Part shown: in pieces, positions 1-9,491 of the stretch
Layout: each line of letters opens with the position of its first letter
Position numbering within the stretch: position 1 is the first letter of the stretch
From: Acholeplasma sp.
GTDB lineage: Bacteria; Bacillota_I; Bacilli_A; Acholeplasmatales; UBA5453
Length of the DNA stretch: 64,000 bases
Assembly: GCA_036677365.1 (NCBI GenBank)
Contig: JAVBWN010000015.1
Span: forward strand, 1 to 64,000
Reading direction: 5' to 3'
Made by a program: the position numbers and the translations under genes
Notes under the pieces: model-generated
The model's input: only the letters and a program-made list of their open reading frames with translations
What the model was told of the DNA's origin: nothing
Database searches by the model: none

Positions 1-111
1 ATATATAATTTTCACAATACGCGTATTTAATACCAAGTTTATAGTAGAATTATATAAAACTGATTGAAAGAACATTCGGAAAGCGAACAATAAAAGACGA
101 ACTTTCCTAGT

Positions 112-143
112 AAACAAAAAAGAGTTCAGTGATGAACTCTTTT
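112..143 (-). terminator. Intrinsic terminator downstream of pyk
   Basis: Inverted repeat AAAAGAGTTCA-gtga-TGAACTCTTTT with a T-tract on the minus strand, just past the pyk stop. Confidence 0.8.
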
Positions 144-156
144 ATTATCTATTCAA

Positions 157-1572
157 TTAGATTTCAATGATACGAAGGGTATTGGTTGATCCGTGTTGTT
201 GAGCCCAACCTGAAGTGATGATGATCTTATCACCCTTTTGGAACCCAAATTCTTTAGCCACATCAATCGCAACGCGGTCATAAGAACCCATGTCGGTAAA
301 GTCTCTACGATAGGCAGAGAACACACCCCAATAATAAGTCAATTGGTTGCAGGTAGCACGGTTATTTGAAACAGCGATAACGGGTACTGAAGGTCTAAAT
401 TTGCATAGACGTTTTGGTGTACCACCGGTTTCTGTAAAGGCGATGATCACTTTGACTTCAGGTAAAGTCAGTGCACTTAAGCTGACAGAGATTCCAATCG
501 CATCATTCACTGTGGATTGTGACGTTTGGATCGCTTTTTGAAGTTTTTCATAATAAGGAATGTTGTCTTCAATGGCTTTGGCAATCGTATCCATGGTCAA
601 TACAGATTCAACAGGGTATTCACCAGCAGCCGATTCACCAGATAACATGATTGCATCCGAGCCATCCAAGATGGCATTCGCAACGTCGGAAGCTTCCGCA
701 CGGGTTGGACGAGGGTTACTCATCATGGATTCTAGCATATGGGTAGCTGTAATGACTGGTTTACCTTTAGCATTGGCAACCGAAATGATTTTCTTTTGAT
801 AAAGTGGGACCAAAGCAGTTGAAACTTCAACGCCTAAGTCACCTCTAGCAACCATCACACCGTCACACACTTCAAGGATATTTTCAAGTTCATCGACACC
901 TTCTTGAGATTCAATCTTAGCGATGATTTCAATTTTTGGTGCTTTGAATTCTTTTAGGATTTCTTTGATTTCTAATACGTCTTCTTTACGTCTAACAAAA
1001 GACAACGCAATCATATCTACAGCCATTTCAGCGCAGAATTGCATATCTTCCTTATCTTTTTTAGATACGAATGGCATGGACAACTTAACGTTAGGTACGT
1101 TAACACCTTTTTTGGTTTTAATGACGCCATTATTAAAGATTTCACATGTCAATACGTCATTGGTAGCTTCAATGATATTTAAACGCATTTTACCATCGTC
1201 GATGAGTAAGAAATCGCCTACTTTGATGTCATCAAATAATTCTCTGCAATCGATATGGAAAGCTTCCTTAGTACCAACGATTTGTTCCTTATGGACCTTA
1301 ACAATGTCACCTTTTTTAAAGGATGCGAACCCATTTTCAAATACACCGGTACGAATTTCAGGTCCTTTGGTGTCAGCTAAAATACCGACAAAACGACCCA
1401 TTTTCGCAGCGACACGTCGAATGGTTTCGATACGGTTTCTATGTTCTTCATGAGAACCATGAGAGAAGTTCAAACGTGCAACGTTCATCCCTGCTTCAAT
1501 CATTTTTTCAATCATTACTTCATTTTCACTTGATGGTCCAATGGTACAAACAATCTTGGTTTTTCTTTTCAT
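157..1572 (-). CDS. pyk: Pyruvate kinase
   Basis: RKTKIVCTIGP, ARLNFSHG, DTKGPEIRTG, MVARGDLGVE, RPTRAEASDVANA and MLSGESA motifs. Confidence 0.98.
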   Translation of the reverse strand: MKRKTKIVCTIGPSSENEVMIEKMIEAGMNVARLNFSHGSHEEHRNRIETIRRVAAKMGRFVGILADTKGPEIRTGVFENGFASFKKGDIVKVHKEQIVGTKEAFHIDCRELFDDIKVGDFLLIDDGKMRLNIIEATNDVLTCEIFNNGVIKTKKGVNVPNVKLSMPFVSKKDKEDMQFCAEMAVDMIALSFVRRKEDVLEIKEILKEFKAPKIEIIAKIESQEGVDELENILEVCDGVMVARGDLGVEVSTALVPLYQKKIISVANAKGKPVITATHMLESMMSNPRPTRAEASDVANAILDGSDAIMLSGESAAGEYPVESVLTMDTIAKAIEDNIPYYEKLQKAIQTSQSTVNDAIGISVSLSALTLPEVKVIIAFTETGGTPKRLCKFRPSVPVIAVSNNRATCNQLTYYWGVFSAYRRDFTDMGSYDRVAIDVAKEFGFQKGDKIIITSGWAQQHGSTNTLRIIEI

Positions 1573-1758
1573 ACGATGCCTCCTATAATCGATTTTTCAT
1601 AGGAAAAATTGATTCAATTTATCCTGTTTTAACATCCATAAGTATTTTACCATATATTTCATAAAATGGTAGACAAAAGGACAAGTTTTTCACATTTTCA
1701 CAAAACCTTCCAAAAATCATATTAAACCCCATAATGGCGAAACAACGATGTAAAATCA

Positions 1759-1772
1759 AGAAAGCGCTTTAC
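1759..1772. promoter_or_regulatory. cre-like / LacI-family operator upstream of pyk
   Basis: Near-palindrome AGAAAGCGCTTTAC resembling the cre consensus TGWAARCGYTWNCW. Confidence 0.35.
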
Positions 1773-1785
1773 TGAAATTATTCAT

Positions 1786-1812
1786 AATAAAAAGCCTAGC
1801 ATGACTAGGCTT
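1786..1812 (-). terminator. Intrinsic terminator after asparaginase gene
   Basis: AAGCCTAG-catga-CTAGGCTT hairpin followed by a T-run on the minus strand. Confidence 0.75.
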
Positions 1813-1816
1813 ATCG

Positions 1817-2791
1817 TTAAAATTCAAAATATTTTTCAACTTTTGGATTCGATTGACTTAAAGCCAACATGAGTTTCAATCGCGCTTTTTGACTCGATAA
1901 ATCCCCAGCGAACAATACACCCAATTGTTTTAAGTGATAACCGCCACCTTCATACCCATACGTATCGCGTACGCGTCCTTTAGGACAGCGTGATGTGATG
2001 ACGACCTTGATACCTGAATCCAAAGCTCGTTTAATCGCGGGTACCATGGTTGGTGGCACATTCCCACGTCCAAAAGCCTCTAAAATGATGCCTTGAACTT
2101 TCTTTGAGTCCGTGAAGAAGTCAATGAGATCGCCATTTTGACCCGTAACCACTTTAACAATCTCCACATTCGCTGTCAGTTCACTTGGGGTTAAATGGTA
2201 TTTTTTCTTCGCAGAATCTCGGTAGTAAGTTACATCCTGTTCATCGACAATCCCAAGTGGACCAAACTCAAGTGACTTAAATGTGTCAAGCGCAAGTGTA
2301 TGTGTTTTGGTGACTTCAATAGCCGAGTTGATTTCATCATTTAAGACAACTAAGCACCCACGGTTGAAAGAGCTTGGGTTAGAAGCAACCAAAATACCAG
2401 ACAATAAATTACTGAATCCATCATAGCCAAGTTCAGAGAAATTTCTCATCGACCCTGTAACGACCACTGGCTTTTTGGTTTGGACAAATAAGTCTAAAAA
2501 GTACGCCGTTTCCTCCAAGGTATCTGTACCATGTGTGACAACAGCACCAACGAATTCATCGTCTGACATATGGGCATCAATGAGTTGGCCAATCAGTAAC
2601 ATATCATTTGGCGTGATCGAGGGTGATGGTTTCATTGAGTACAAATATGGCACCAATGAAAAATTATGAAAACGCTTACTGATTTTGCTGATTAAATCGG
2701 ATTCATTGTTAGATATGACCGACTTAGAAGTCTGATCATCGTTGGTCATCGAAATGGTACCACCGGTAAATACAATTAGGATTTTTTTCAT
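1817..2791 (-). CDS. ansA: L-asparaginase (cytoplasmic)
   Basis: FTGGTISM, VVTHGTDTLEETAY and GNVP motifs. Start moved to MKKILIV, which has a GGAG RBS. Confidence 0.92.
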   Translation of the reverse strand: MKKILIVFTGGTISMTNDDQTSKSVISNNESDLISKISKRFHNFSLVPYLYSMKPSPSITPNDMLLIGQLIDAHMSDDEFVGAVVTHGTDTLEETAYFLDLFVQTKKPVVVTGSMRNFSELGYDGFSNLLSGILVASNPSSFNRGCLVVLNDEINSAIEVTKTHTLALDTFKSLEFGPLGIVDEQDVTYYRDSAKKKYHLTPSELTANVEIVKVVTGQNGDLIDFFTDSKKVQGIILEAFGRGNVPPTMVPAIKRALDSGIKVVITSRCPKGRVRDTYGYEGGGYHLKQLGVLFAGDLSSQKARLKLMLALSQSNPKVEKYFEF

Positions 2792-3017
2792 AGTCATCAA
2801 CTCCGAATTCATTGTACCATGAAGCATGGGTTTTTGCATTTAAAAAAGATGGTCAAAAGAGAGTTTTTTTTCAGCATCTAAAGAGAAGCTAAACTTGAAT
2901 GCCTAAAAACACAAAAATACCCATAGCAACATTTGAGAAGGCCAAAATTCGATGATTAATAGTTTTAAACATTCCCACACAAAACCCATTGTCCGCACTA
3001 TAGTCGTTTTCTTATAT

Positions 3018-3045
3018 GGTTTACATAATATACATTATAGGTACA
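3018..3045 (-). other. dif site (Xer chromosome dimer resolution site)
   Basis: Minus strand reads TGTACCTATAA-TGTATA-TTATGTAAACC, an 11-6-11 layout close to B. subtilis dif (ACTTCCTAGAA-TATATA-TTATGTAAACT) and E. coli dif (GGTGCGCATAA-TGTATA-TTATGTTAAAT). It sits in a ~750-bp ORF-free gap near parEC. Confidence 0.85.
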
Positions 3046-3542
3046 AATACAAAATTATAATGGTAAACTTCTATCGATTAAATGATGTCAGTAAAATAGG
3101 TTTTATATTGTTTAATCGAGGTGTTTAGCGTCTATTTTTGCACTTAATTATACTCATGAATCAATTATTATATAATTAAATATAGGTGAGAGAGGTGTTT
3201 TGCGCGAATGACATCTGCTATCCTTAATATTTGTCCATCTAGGCCCTTTTTAGGGTATTTTTACCCATTTTGAGTATAGTTCAAGCAATCCCACTTCTCT
3301 TCTATTACTTCTTCTTTTTCTCATGGGTATATGTGTCATTTTTCATGTAGACAATATTTTCAAATGATCTTAAATTCACTTCTATATTCTGATGGTTGGT
3401 AGGAGTCGCATTCGTGGTTTATAGTGAATTGGATTCTAGACGAATTAATATGACGTTTTATTCATATTAGAAAATATGGTTACTATTGATGTTTAAATGG
3501 AAACAGTCTAAAATAAAAGTATACAAGAAAAGAGGTTAATTC

Positions 3543-3980
3543 ATGGCAGTTACTTTTAAACGCGTTGTTTTGAATCATACCCACTTGGCACAAGCCATGG
3601 GTAAATCCGCTTCTGAGGTACACGATATACTTCAAACTTATTTAGATCAAAATGGTGTTACCGATTTTGAACCATACACTTTTGAAATGGTCATTAAACA
3701 AGGGGGCGTCAAAAATGTCCTTTACGTTAAATATGCTTCAATACCTGCAAGCATGAAATCCGCTGGTGGTATCAAAGTTATTCCTTTGAAGCGAAATGAC
3801 TTCTTGGAATGTGAAATTCCTAAATCCGATTTCGAATCCTTCATGGATGGCAAATTCAATGAGGACTTGAATGAATACATGAAGGTCAATAACCTTCAAG
3901 GTGATTTAACAAGTGTGTTCGCGCTCGTTCAAGAAAAAGACACGCACATACGTGTACTTTTCCCTTACAAGTCAAAATAG
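3543..3980 (+). CDS. Hypothetical protein, possibly GyrI-like small-molecule-binding fold
   Basis: 145 aa, GAGG RBS, own terminator. The C-terminal pattern IKVIPLKRNDFLECEI...LNEYMKVNNL...IRVLFPY resembles GyrI-like domains by eye. Confidence 0.6.
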   Translation: MAVTFKRVVLNHTHLAQAMGKSASEVHDILQTYLDQNGVTDFEPYTFEMVIKQGGVKNVLYVKYASIPASMKSAGGIKVIPLKRNDFLECEIPKSDFESFMDGKFNEDLNEYMKVNNLQGDLTSVFALVQEKDTHIRVLFPYKSK

Positions 3981-4019
3981 AAAAAAAAACGCATATCGTT
4001 GTGATATGCGTTAATTTTT
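3981..4019. terminator. Bidirectional terminator between convergent genes
   Basis: AACGCATATC-gttgt-GATATGCGTT flanked by A and T tracts. Confidence 0.8.
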
Positions 4020-5088
4020 ATTCCATGTGATTGAATAGATCCAATTGTTGTGGATTGAATTTTTCTAGTTTGTCTGCAACCCTCAACCATTGAGCGGTTC
4101 GACCACTGCCAAGGGGACGAATCATCCCACGCTCTTTTAAGCTCATGAGGGTTCGATTGATGGTAGCGTCTGAGGCATACGGGTGTTTGACACGTATGTC
4201 TTTTTTACTGAATGTCGCAGGACCACTGAGAATGGTGCCCTCGATGCTGTTGGTTTTGTTCATTTTACGTTCAAACTCATACTCATGGGCCTTCGTCTCG
4301 ACATTTCGATGTAATGTCTCTAGGACATTGACAAAAATGCGTTGGATGGGTTCGATTTGTGAGAACCCTTCGCTCCAGTTGAATGAGGCTTGGATGAAAC
4401 CACTGTCGAATTGGGCTTGTAGCGGTAATAAGGCTTGGAAAAACGAATCGTAGCGGCATACCTTGAAGTATTTCGCTGCGAGGGTGTAAATCACCATCAA
4501 ACCAATCAAATCGTTCTTATCGGTAAATAAATTGAGTTTGACAAAATCAATATAGAAATTGGTCATGATTTGGACAATCTCGTATTTATTATTTCTACGG
4601 TGTTGGTGGAACAATTCAATGATTTTCTTCAGTTTATCTTCTGAATTCAATTCATCAAAGGATTTCGCCAATTTTTCTACTTTCGCTTTAGGGTCTTTGA
4701 CCAAACGGATATCTTCATAACCTCGAAAGAGTGTCAATGTGAGGTCTTTAATCTCATTGGTTGTCAAATCGAATGTATCTGCCAATTGTTGAACACGCGT
4801 AAGGATTTCTTTGATATTTTTAAGCAAAATTTCATCTCTGTTTTTAGAAACGAAATCTTTTCTTGGGTCAGACAGTAATTTGATTCTTGCAGGTGTTAAA
4901 TTGAGCTTTAGATAATAGGCTAAAGCTTGGGTATCGAGTTCGAGTGTGGTTCGCGCCATGACCTCGTCATCGCGGCTAAATAAGGCTTTGTAGTAATAGG
5001 ATTGACCTTTTTGTTCATAAAGCTTGAACAGTTGCATGACCAAGTCATTGGGTAAATGAAGTCTTTCCATGTTGCCTAAACATTTCAA
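4018..5088 (-). CDS. Fic-family protein with degenerate catalytic motif, C-terminal winged HTH and terminal QLDLF
   Basis: FVKLNLFTDKNDLIGLM aligns to the Fic motif HPFxDGNGRxxR but lacks the His and Arg residues. The C-terminus has an HTH-like segment (SKKDIR...SDATINRTLMSLKERGMIRPLGSGRTAQW). TTG start with GGAGGT RBS. Confidence 0.7.
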   Translation of the reverse strand: MKCLGNMERLHLPNDLVMQLFKLYEQKGQSYYYKALFSRDDEVMARTTLELDTQALAYYLKLNLTPARIKLLSDPRKDFVSKNRDEILLKNIKEILTRVQQLADTFDLTTNEIKDLTLTLFRGYEDIRLVKDPKAKVEKLAKSFDELNSEDKLKKIIELFHQHRRNNKYEIVQIMTNFYIDFVKLNLFTDKNDLIGLMVIYTLAAKYFKVCRYDSFFQALLPLQAQFDSGFIQASFNWSEGFSQIEPIQRIFVNVLETLHRNVETKAHEYEFERKMNKTNSIEGTILSGPATFSKKDIRVKHPYASDATINRTLMSLKERGMIRPLGSGRTAQWLRVADKLEKFNPQQLDLFNHME

Positions 5089-5107
5089 AGTAACACCTCC
5101 TTAAATC

Positions 5108-6745
5108 TTAGACGTGGAATACAGATCCACCGATGAATTCTCTTAATAATGAGTTATTTGGTACCAAATCGTCTTCAATGTCTTTGAAGTACTTCAAGAA
5201 CTTGATTAAACGGTTCGCGGTGATGAAGTGCTCAGAATCTCTTGGAATCGCATTTAAAGTTCTAAATGCATGTTTCTTCATGACGGCGAGTTCATATGTC
5301 AATTCAGAATTAAATACGTAATTCGCGGTTTCTTGGTATGGATAAATCCATTTAAATTCGCCACGTCTTACACTCGCCCACATCGCGATGGTTTCTTCCG
5401 CTGGTGAGTTTCTGAATTTTTGGTCACGGACGATACGTCTTAATAAACGGAGGTCCGTAAAACTGATTGGGTTATGGTTATCGATGTGCAATTGGGTTTG
5501 TGGGGCGATGAACACTTTGAATTTTTGATGGTGTGGAATCGATTCTGTCAATCGGTCATTCAATGCATGGATGCCTTCAATGATGATTGGTGTGGTTTCA
5601 CTGATTTTCACTTTACGGCCATCTTCACGTTTCCCAAGTTTAAAGTTAAAGTGTGGTAATGTGACCTCTTCGCCTTGAATCAACGCCAACATTTGTTCAT
5701 CAAACAGCTGAATGTCTAGTGCTTCAATGTGTTCTAGGTCTGGATTGCCAAATTCATCTTTAGGGGCTTGTGATTTAGGTTTGTAGTAATCATCGATGGA
5801 AATCATCAATGGCTTAATCCCTCTGGATAAGAGTTCGATTCTCAAGCGGGTTGAGAATGTGGTTTTACCCGAGGAGGATGGTCCTGCGATCGCAATCAAA
5901 CGAATTGAATCGATGTCGGATGCAATTTTGTCCCCAAGTTCAGCCATTTGTCGGTTGTGTTTGGTTTCACACATATTGATGAGTTCAACCTCAAGACCTT
6001 TTTCAACGTATTGGTTGAGTTTTGAGATGTATTCACCACCGATGAGTTTACCCCATTTGGTCGCTTCTTTGATTGTTTTGGAGAAAATAGGTGCATCGTC
6101 AAATGGCGGAATAACGCCACCAAGTTCACTTCTTGGGTATTGAATGATGAATCCTGGATGATACAAACTTAAAGCGTATTTAGTCAAATAGCCTGTGCTT
6201 GGTAACATGTAACCAAACATGTAGTTGAAGTATTGGTCACAGGTGTACATATTGACCTTATCTTCGTCGCGGTACTTCAAAATGGCGACTTTGTCCAAAT
6301 GCCCACTGGATTTGTATAACTCCATGGCTTCTTCTAAATCCATGTTCTTACGAATGATTGGTAAATCGAGTTCAACCAAACGTTTGATTTCCGAATCGAT
6401 GGATTTGATGATGTTTCGATCGATTTTTTGATCTAAGTTTTCCAAAACCCCCAAAATGGCTCTAGACACGCTATAGTTGAATTTTACGGTAACGTTTGGA
6501 TACAGATTTCTCACGGCCATCGCAATCACATATCGGAGGGTCGCTTCGTAAATTCTTACAGCGTCGCGGTCTTTTAGATCTAAGAAGACCACGTCCGAAT
6601 TTTTAGTTAACGGGAATGTTAACTCACGAATTCGGTTGTTGACGGTGGCAGCATAAGCTTCAATACCTAGTTGATTCTTAAGTGCTTCGAGGGTAATGCC
6701 TGGGTCAAGTTCTAAGACTTGATTTTTAACGGTAATTCTAATCAT
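5108..6745 (-). CDS. Nucleoside (uridine) kinase family protein with N-terminal TGS/ThrRS-like domains
   Basis: Walker A AGPSSSGKTT, ISIDDYY, EGIHALN and RLLRRIVRD motifs; ThrRS-like N-terminal region. Start MIRITVK has an AGGAG RBS. Confidence 0.85.
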   Translation of the reverse strand: MIRITVKNQVLELDPGITLEALKNQLGIEAYAATVNNRIRELTFPLTKNSDVVFLDLKDRDAVRIYEATLRYVIAMAVRNLYPNVTVKFNYSVSRAILGVLENLDQKIDRNIIKSIDSEIKRLVELDLPIIRKNMDLEEAMELYKSSGHLDKVAILKYRDEDKVNMYTCDQYFNYMFGYMLPSTGYLTKYALSLYHPGFIIQYPRSELGGVIPPFDDAPIFSKTIKEATKWGKLIGGEYISKLNQYVEKGLEVELINMCETKHNRQMAELGDKIASDIDSIRLIAIAGPSSSGKTTFSTRLRIELLSRGIKPLMISIDDYYKPKSQAPKDEFGNPDLEHIEALDIQLFDEQMLALIQGEEVTLPHFNFKLGKREDGRKVKISETTPIIIEGIHALNDRLTESIPHHQKFKVFIAPQTQLHIDNHNPISFTDLRLLRRIVRDQKFRNSPAEETIAMWASVRRGEFKWIYPYQETANYVFNSELTYELAVMKKHAFRTLNAIPRDSEHFITANRLIKFLKYFKDIEDDLVPNNSLLREFIGGSVFHV

Positions 6746-6746
6746 G

Positions 6747-9491
6747 TTACTCCTTCCAATCATCTTCTTCATCGAAGAGTGATAATTTTTTAATTTGGAT
6801 TTTTTTCGATTTAGACTCTTTTTCTACCGGTTTGGTTGGTGTGGTCTCAATCGTTGGACTGATTGCCGGTGATTGTTCGATCGGTTCAGTTTCAGCGGTG
6901 TGTTTAACTACAGGTTCGATTGGGGTTTCTTTGATGACGGTTTGAGCAATCACTTTAGGTTCTGGTTTTGGTTTTTCTACCTTGACCGGTTTCGCTTTTT
7001 GAACCGCGACCCCTTTTTCAACAATATCCTCATCGGAAGATTCATGTAGCGCAGCTTCAATCGTGATGAATAATGATTTACCAAAGGTATTGAAGTCGAC
7101 AAATGGTTTGCCATATTCTGCACTGCTCTTAATGTCTTCTACTTTAAGGGAAACGGAACCTTGTTTTGCTGTGATCAACACCGACACATTTTCTTTGATT
7201 TGTTCATTGGATAATCGAGATACGTCACGGATGAAGTGTGGGTTGCGTTTCTTCATAGCAAACAATTGGATTGGGTTTTTCAAACGCTTCGTCAATGGGA
7301 TGTTGCTTACTTTTTCACGTTTAATGTTGCCTAAAGAGGTTAAAATGACCAAGTCATCGGAGGATTTTGCATAAATTGCCTTGACGACTTTATCATCGCC
7401 AATGAGTGGTAAGGATTTGATGCCACTCGCTTGTGTCCCGTAAATAGGCACATCGTTCGCGCTGAATCGAAGGGCATACGCTTGTTTGGTAAATACGATG
7501 ATATTTTGTTTTGGACCAAGTTCTACGGATGTCAATTCATCGTTGTCATCGACTTTCATTGCACGGATTGGTTTTGTATACCTCGATACATTGAAATCTG
7601 CCAATTTGGTTTGCTTGATTTGACCGGTTTCGGTGATGAGTAAGAGGGTTTGGTCTTCATCAAAGTTGCTGATGCATAAAATTTTGATGATAAACTCATT
7701 TTTCTCAATTGGAATGATGTTGTTGATGAAAGAACCCAAATCTTTCCATTTGGTTTCTTCAATTTCAAACACTGGAATATATAAGTAGTTGCCTAAGGTG
7801 GTGAACATCAGTAGGGTATCTTTGGTTGACACTTCTTGGTCGAACAACATACCATCTTGTTCTTTCAATCCTGGTTGTTTAGAAGCCACATAGCTTCTGA
7901 GGTTTGAACGTTTGATGTAGCCATCTTTGGTTACACCAACCCTGACGCGCTCTTCACTGATGAGGTCAGATTTTTCAATCTTGATGGCTGAAATTTCTTC
8001 CTCAATTTGTGTTTTACGTTCAGTACCCACTTTAGAAGATACTTCTTTCAATTCTTTTTTAATGACCGATAACAATACTTGTTCATCGGACAAGACTTTG
8101 GTCAACCACTCGATTTTTTCAGAAAGTTCGTTTGACTCTTTGATTAAAGCATCAATATCCGTCGAGCTCAAACGATAGAGTTGTAAAGTCACGATGGCTT
8201 CGGCTTGTAACTCAGTGAATCCGAATGCATTCATGATGTTTTCTTTGGAATTTTGTTTGTTTTTGGATTGACGAATGATGTGAACGACTTCATCGACCAC
8301 ATCGACCATCTTAATCAAACCGTTGACGATATGCAATCGTTTCTCTGCACGATCCAATTCAAAGTTGGAACGATTGGTGATGACTTCTTTTTGGTGGTTA
8401 ATATACGCATCTAAGATGTCTAAAATACCCATTTGAACGGGTCTTTGATGGTGAATGGCCACCATATTGTAGTTATAAGTAATTTGTAAATCGGTATTTT
8501 TGAGTAAGTATGCCAAACATATGTCCGGATTGGAATCCTTTTTAAGTTCAATCGAGATTCTCATCCCTTCACGGTCGGATTCATCTCTCACTTCTTGAAT
8601 GTCTTCAAGTTTCTTATCAATTCGAAGCATGTCGATGGATTTCACCAATTCAGCTTTATTGACTTCAAACGGGATTTCGGAGACGACGATGCGGGTTTGG
8701 TCTTTATTAAAGGTTTCGAAAGACGTTTTGGAGCGGATGATGACTTTACCTGCCCCGGTTTCAAACGCTTGACGGATCCCTTCTTTACCTTGAACGATGG
8801 CCCCTGTTGGAAAATCAGGGCCTTGAACGATTTTTAAAATACGTTCGACGGTTAAATCCGGTTTGTCGATACGTTCAATGGTTGCTTTGATGATTTCTTT
8901 TAAATTGTGTGGTGGAATTTTGGTGGCGTAACCGGATGAAATCCCGTTTGCACCGTTGACCAAGAGGTTTGGAAACTTCGCTGGTAGAACAGTAGGTTCC
9001 AATTCTTCATCATCGAAGTTCGGAATGAATGGAACGGTCCTTTTATCAATATCAGCAATCAAAAATTCCGCTTCTTTAGACAAACGCGCTTCGGTATAAC
9101 GCATCGCTGCGGCAGAGTCGCCGTCGATCGAACCGTTGTTGCCGTGCATATCGATTAAGCATACGCCCATTTTGAAGTTTTGGCTCATACGTACCATGGC
9201 TTCATAAATCGATGAGTCGCCATGTGGGTGGTATTTCCCCATGACTTCTCCAGCGATACGGGCAGATTTTTTATAGGGTTTGTCATTGAACATACCCATT
9301 TTGTACATGGCAAAAAGAATGCGTCTTTGGACAGGTTTGAGGCCGTCACGCGCATCCGGTAATGCTCTATCTTGGATGATGTATTTGGAATAACGTCCAA
9401 AACGTTCCCCAACGATGTCTTCTAAACGTTCGCTGGTGATTTTCTCTTCGATAAAGGTATCAATGGCTTGGGAGACTGGTTTTTTACTCAT
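6747..9491 (-). CDS. parC: DNA topoisomerase IV subunit A
   Basis: YSKYIIQDRALPDARDGLKPVQRRI, YHPHGDSSIYEAMVRMSQ and AAMRYTEARL motifs. Directly follows parE; long C-terminal tail. Confidence 0.95.
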   Translation of the reverse strand: MSKKPVSQAIDTFIEEKITSERLEDIVGERFGRYSKYIIQDRALPDARDGLKPVQRRILFAMYKMGMFNDKPYKKSARIAGEVMGKYHPHGDSSIYEAMVRMSQNFKMGVCLIDMHGNNGSIDGDSAAAMRYTEARLSKEAEFLIADIDKRTVPFIPNFDDEELEPTVLPAKFPNLLVNGANGISSGYATKIPPHNLKEIIKATIERIDKPDLTVERILKIVQGPDFPTGAIVQGKEGIRQAFETGAGKVIIRSKTSFETFNKDQTRIVVSEIPFEVNKAELVKSIDMLRIDKKLEDIQEVRDESDREGMRISIELKKDSNPDICLAYLLKNTDLQITYNYNMVAIHHQRPVQMGILDILDAYINHQKEVITNRSNFELDRAEKRLHIVNGLIKMVDVVDEVVHIIRQSKNKQNSKENIMNAFGFTELQAEAIVTLQLYRLSSTDIDALIKESNELSEKIEWLTKVLSDEQVLLSVIKKELKEVSSKVGTERKTQIEEEISAIKIEKSDLISEERVRVGVTKDGYIKRSNLRSYVASKQPGLKEQDGMLFDQEVSTKDTLLMFTTLGNYLYIPVFEIEETKWKDLGSFINNIIPIEKNEFIIKILCISNFDEDQTLLLITETGQIKQTKLADFNVSRYTKPIRAMKVDDNDELTSVELGPKQNIIVFTKQAYALRFSANDVPIYGTQASGIKSLPLIGDDKVVKAIYAKSSDDLVILTSLGNIKREKVSNIPLTKRLKNPIQLFAMKKRNPHFIRDVSRLSNEQIKENVSVLITAKQGSVSLKVEDIKSSAEYGKPFVDFNTFGKSLFITIEAALHESSDEDIVEKGVAVQKAKPVKVEKPKPEPKVIAQTVIKETPIEPVVKHTAETEPIEQSPAISPTIETTPTKPVEKESKSKKIQIKKLSLFDEEDDWKE

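Noticed and set aside
2913..3262. AAAAATACCC and GGGTATTTTT in opposite orientation on either side of dif, as possible KOPS-like polar motifs or element ends
   Set aside because: There is only one pair in AT-rich DNA and no integrase nearby; genome-wide counts would be needed.
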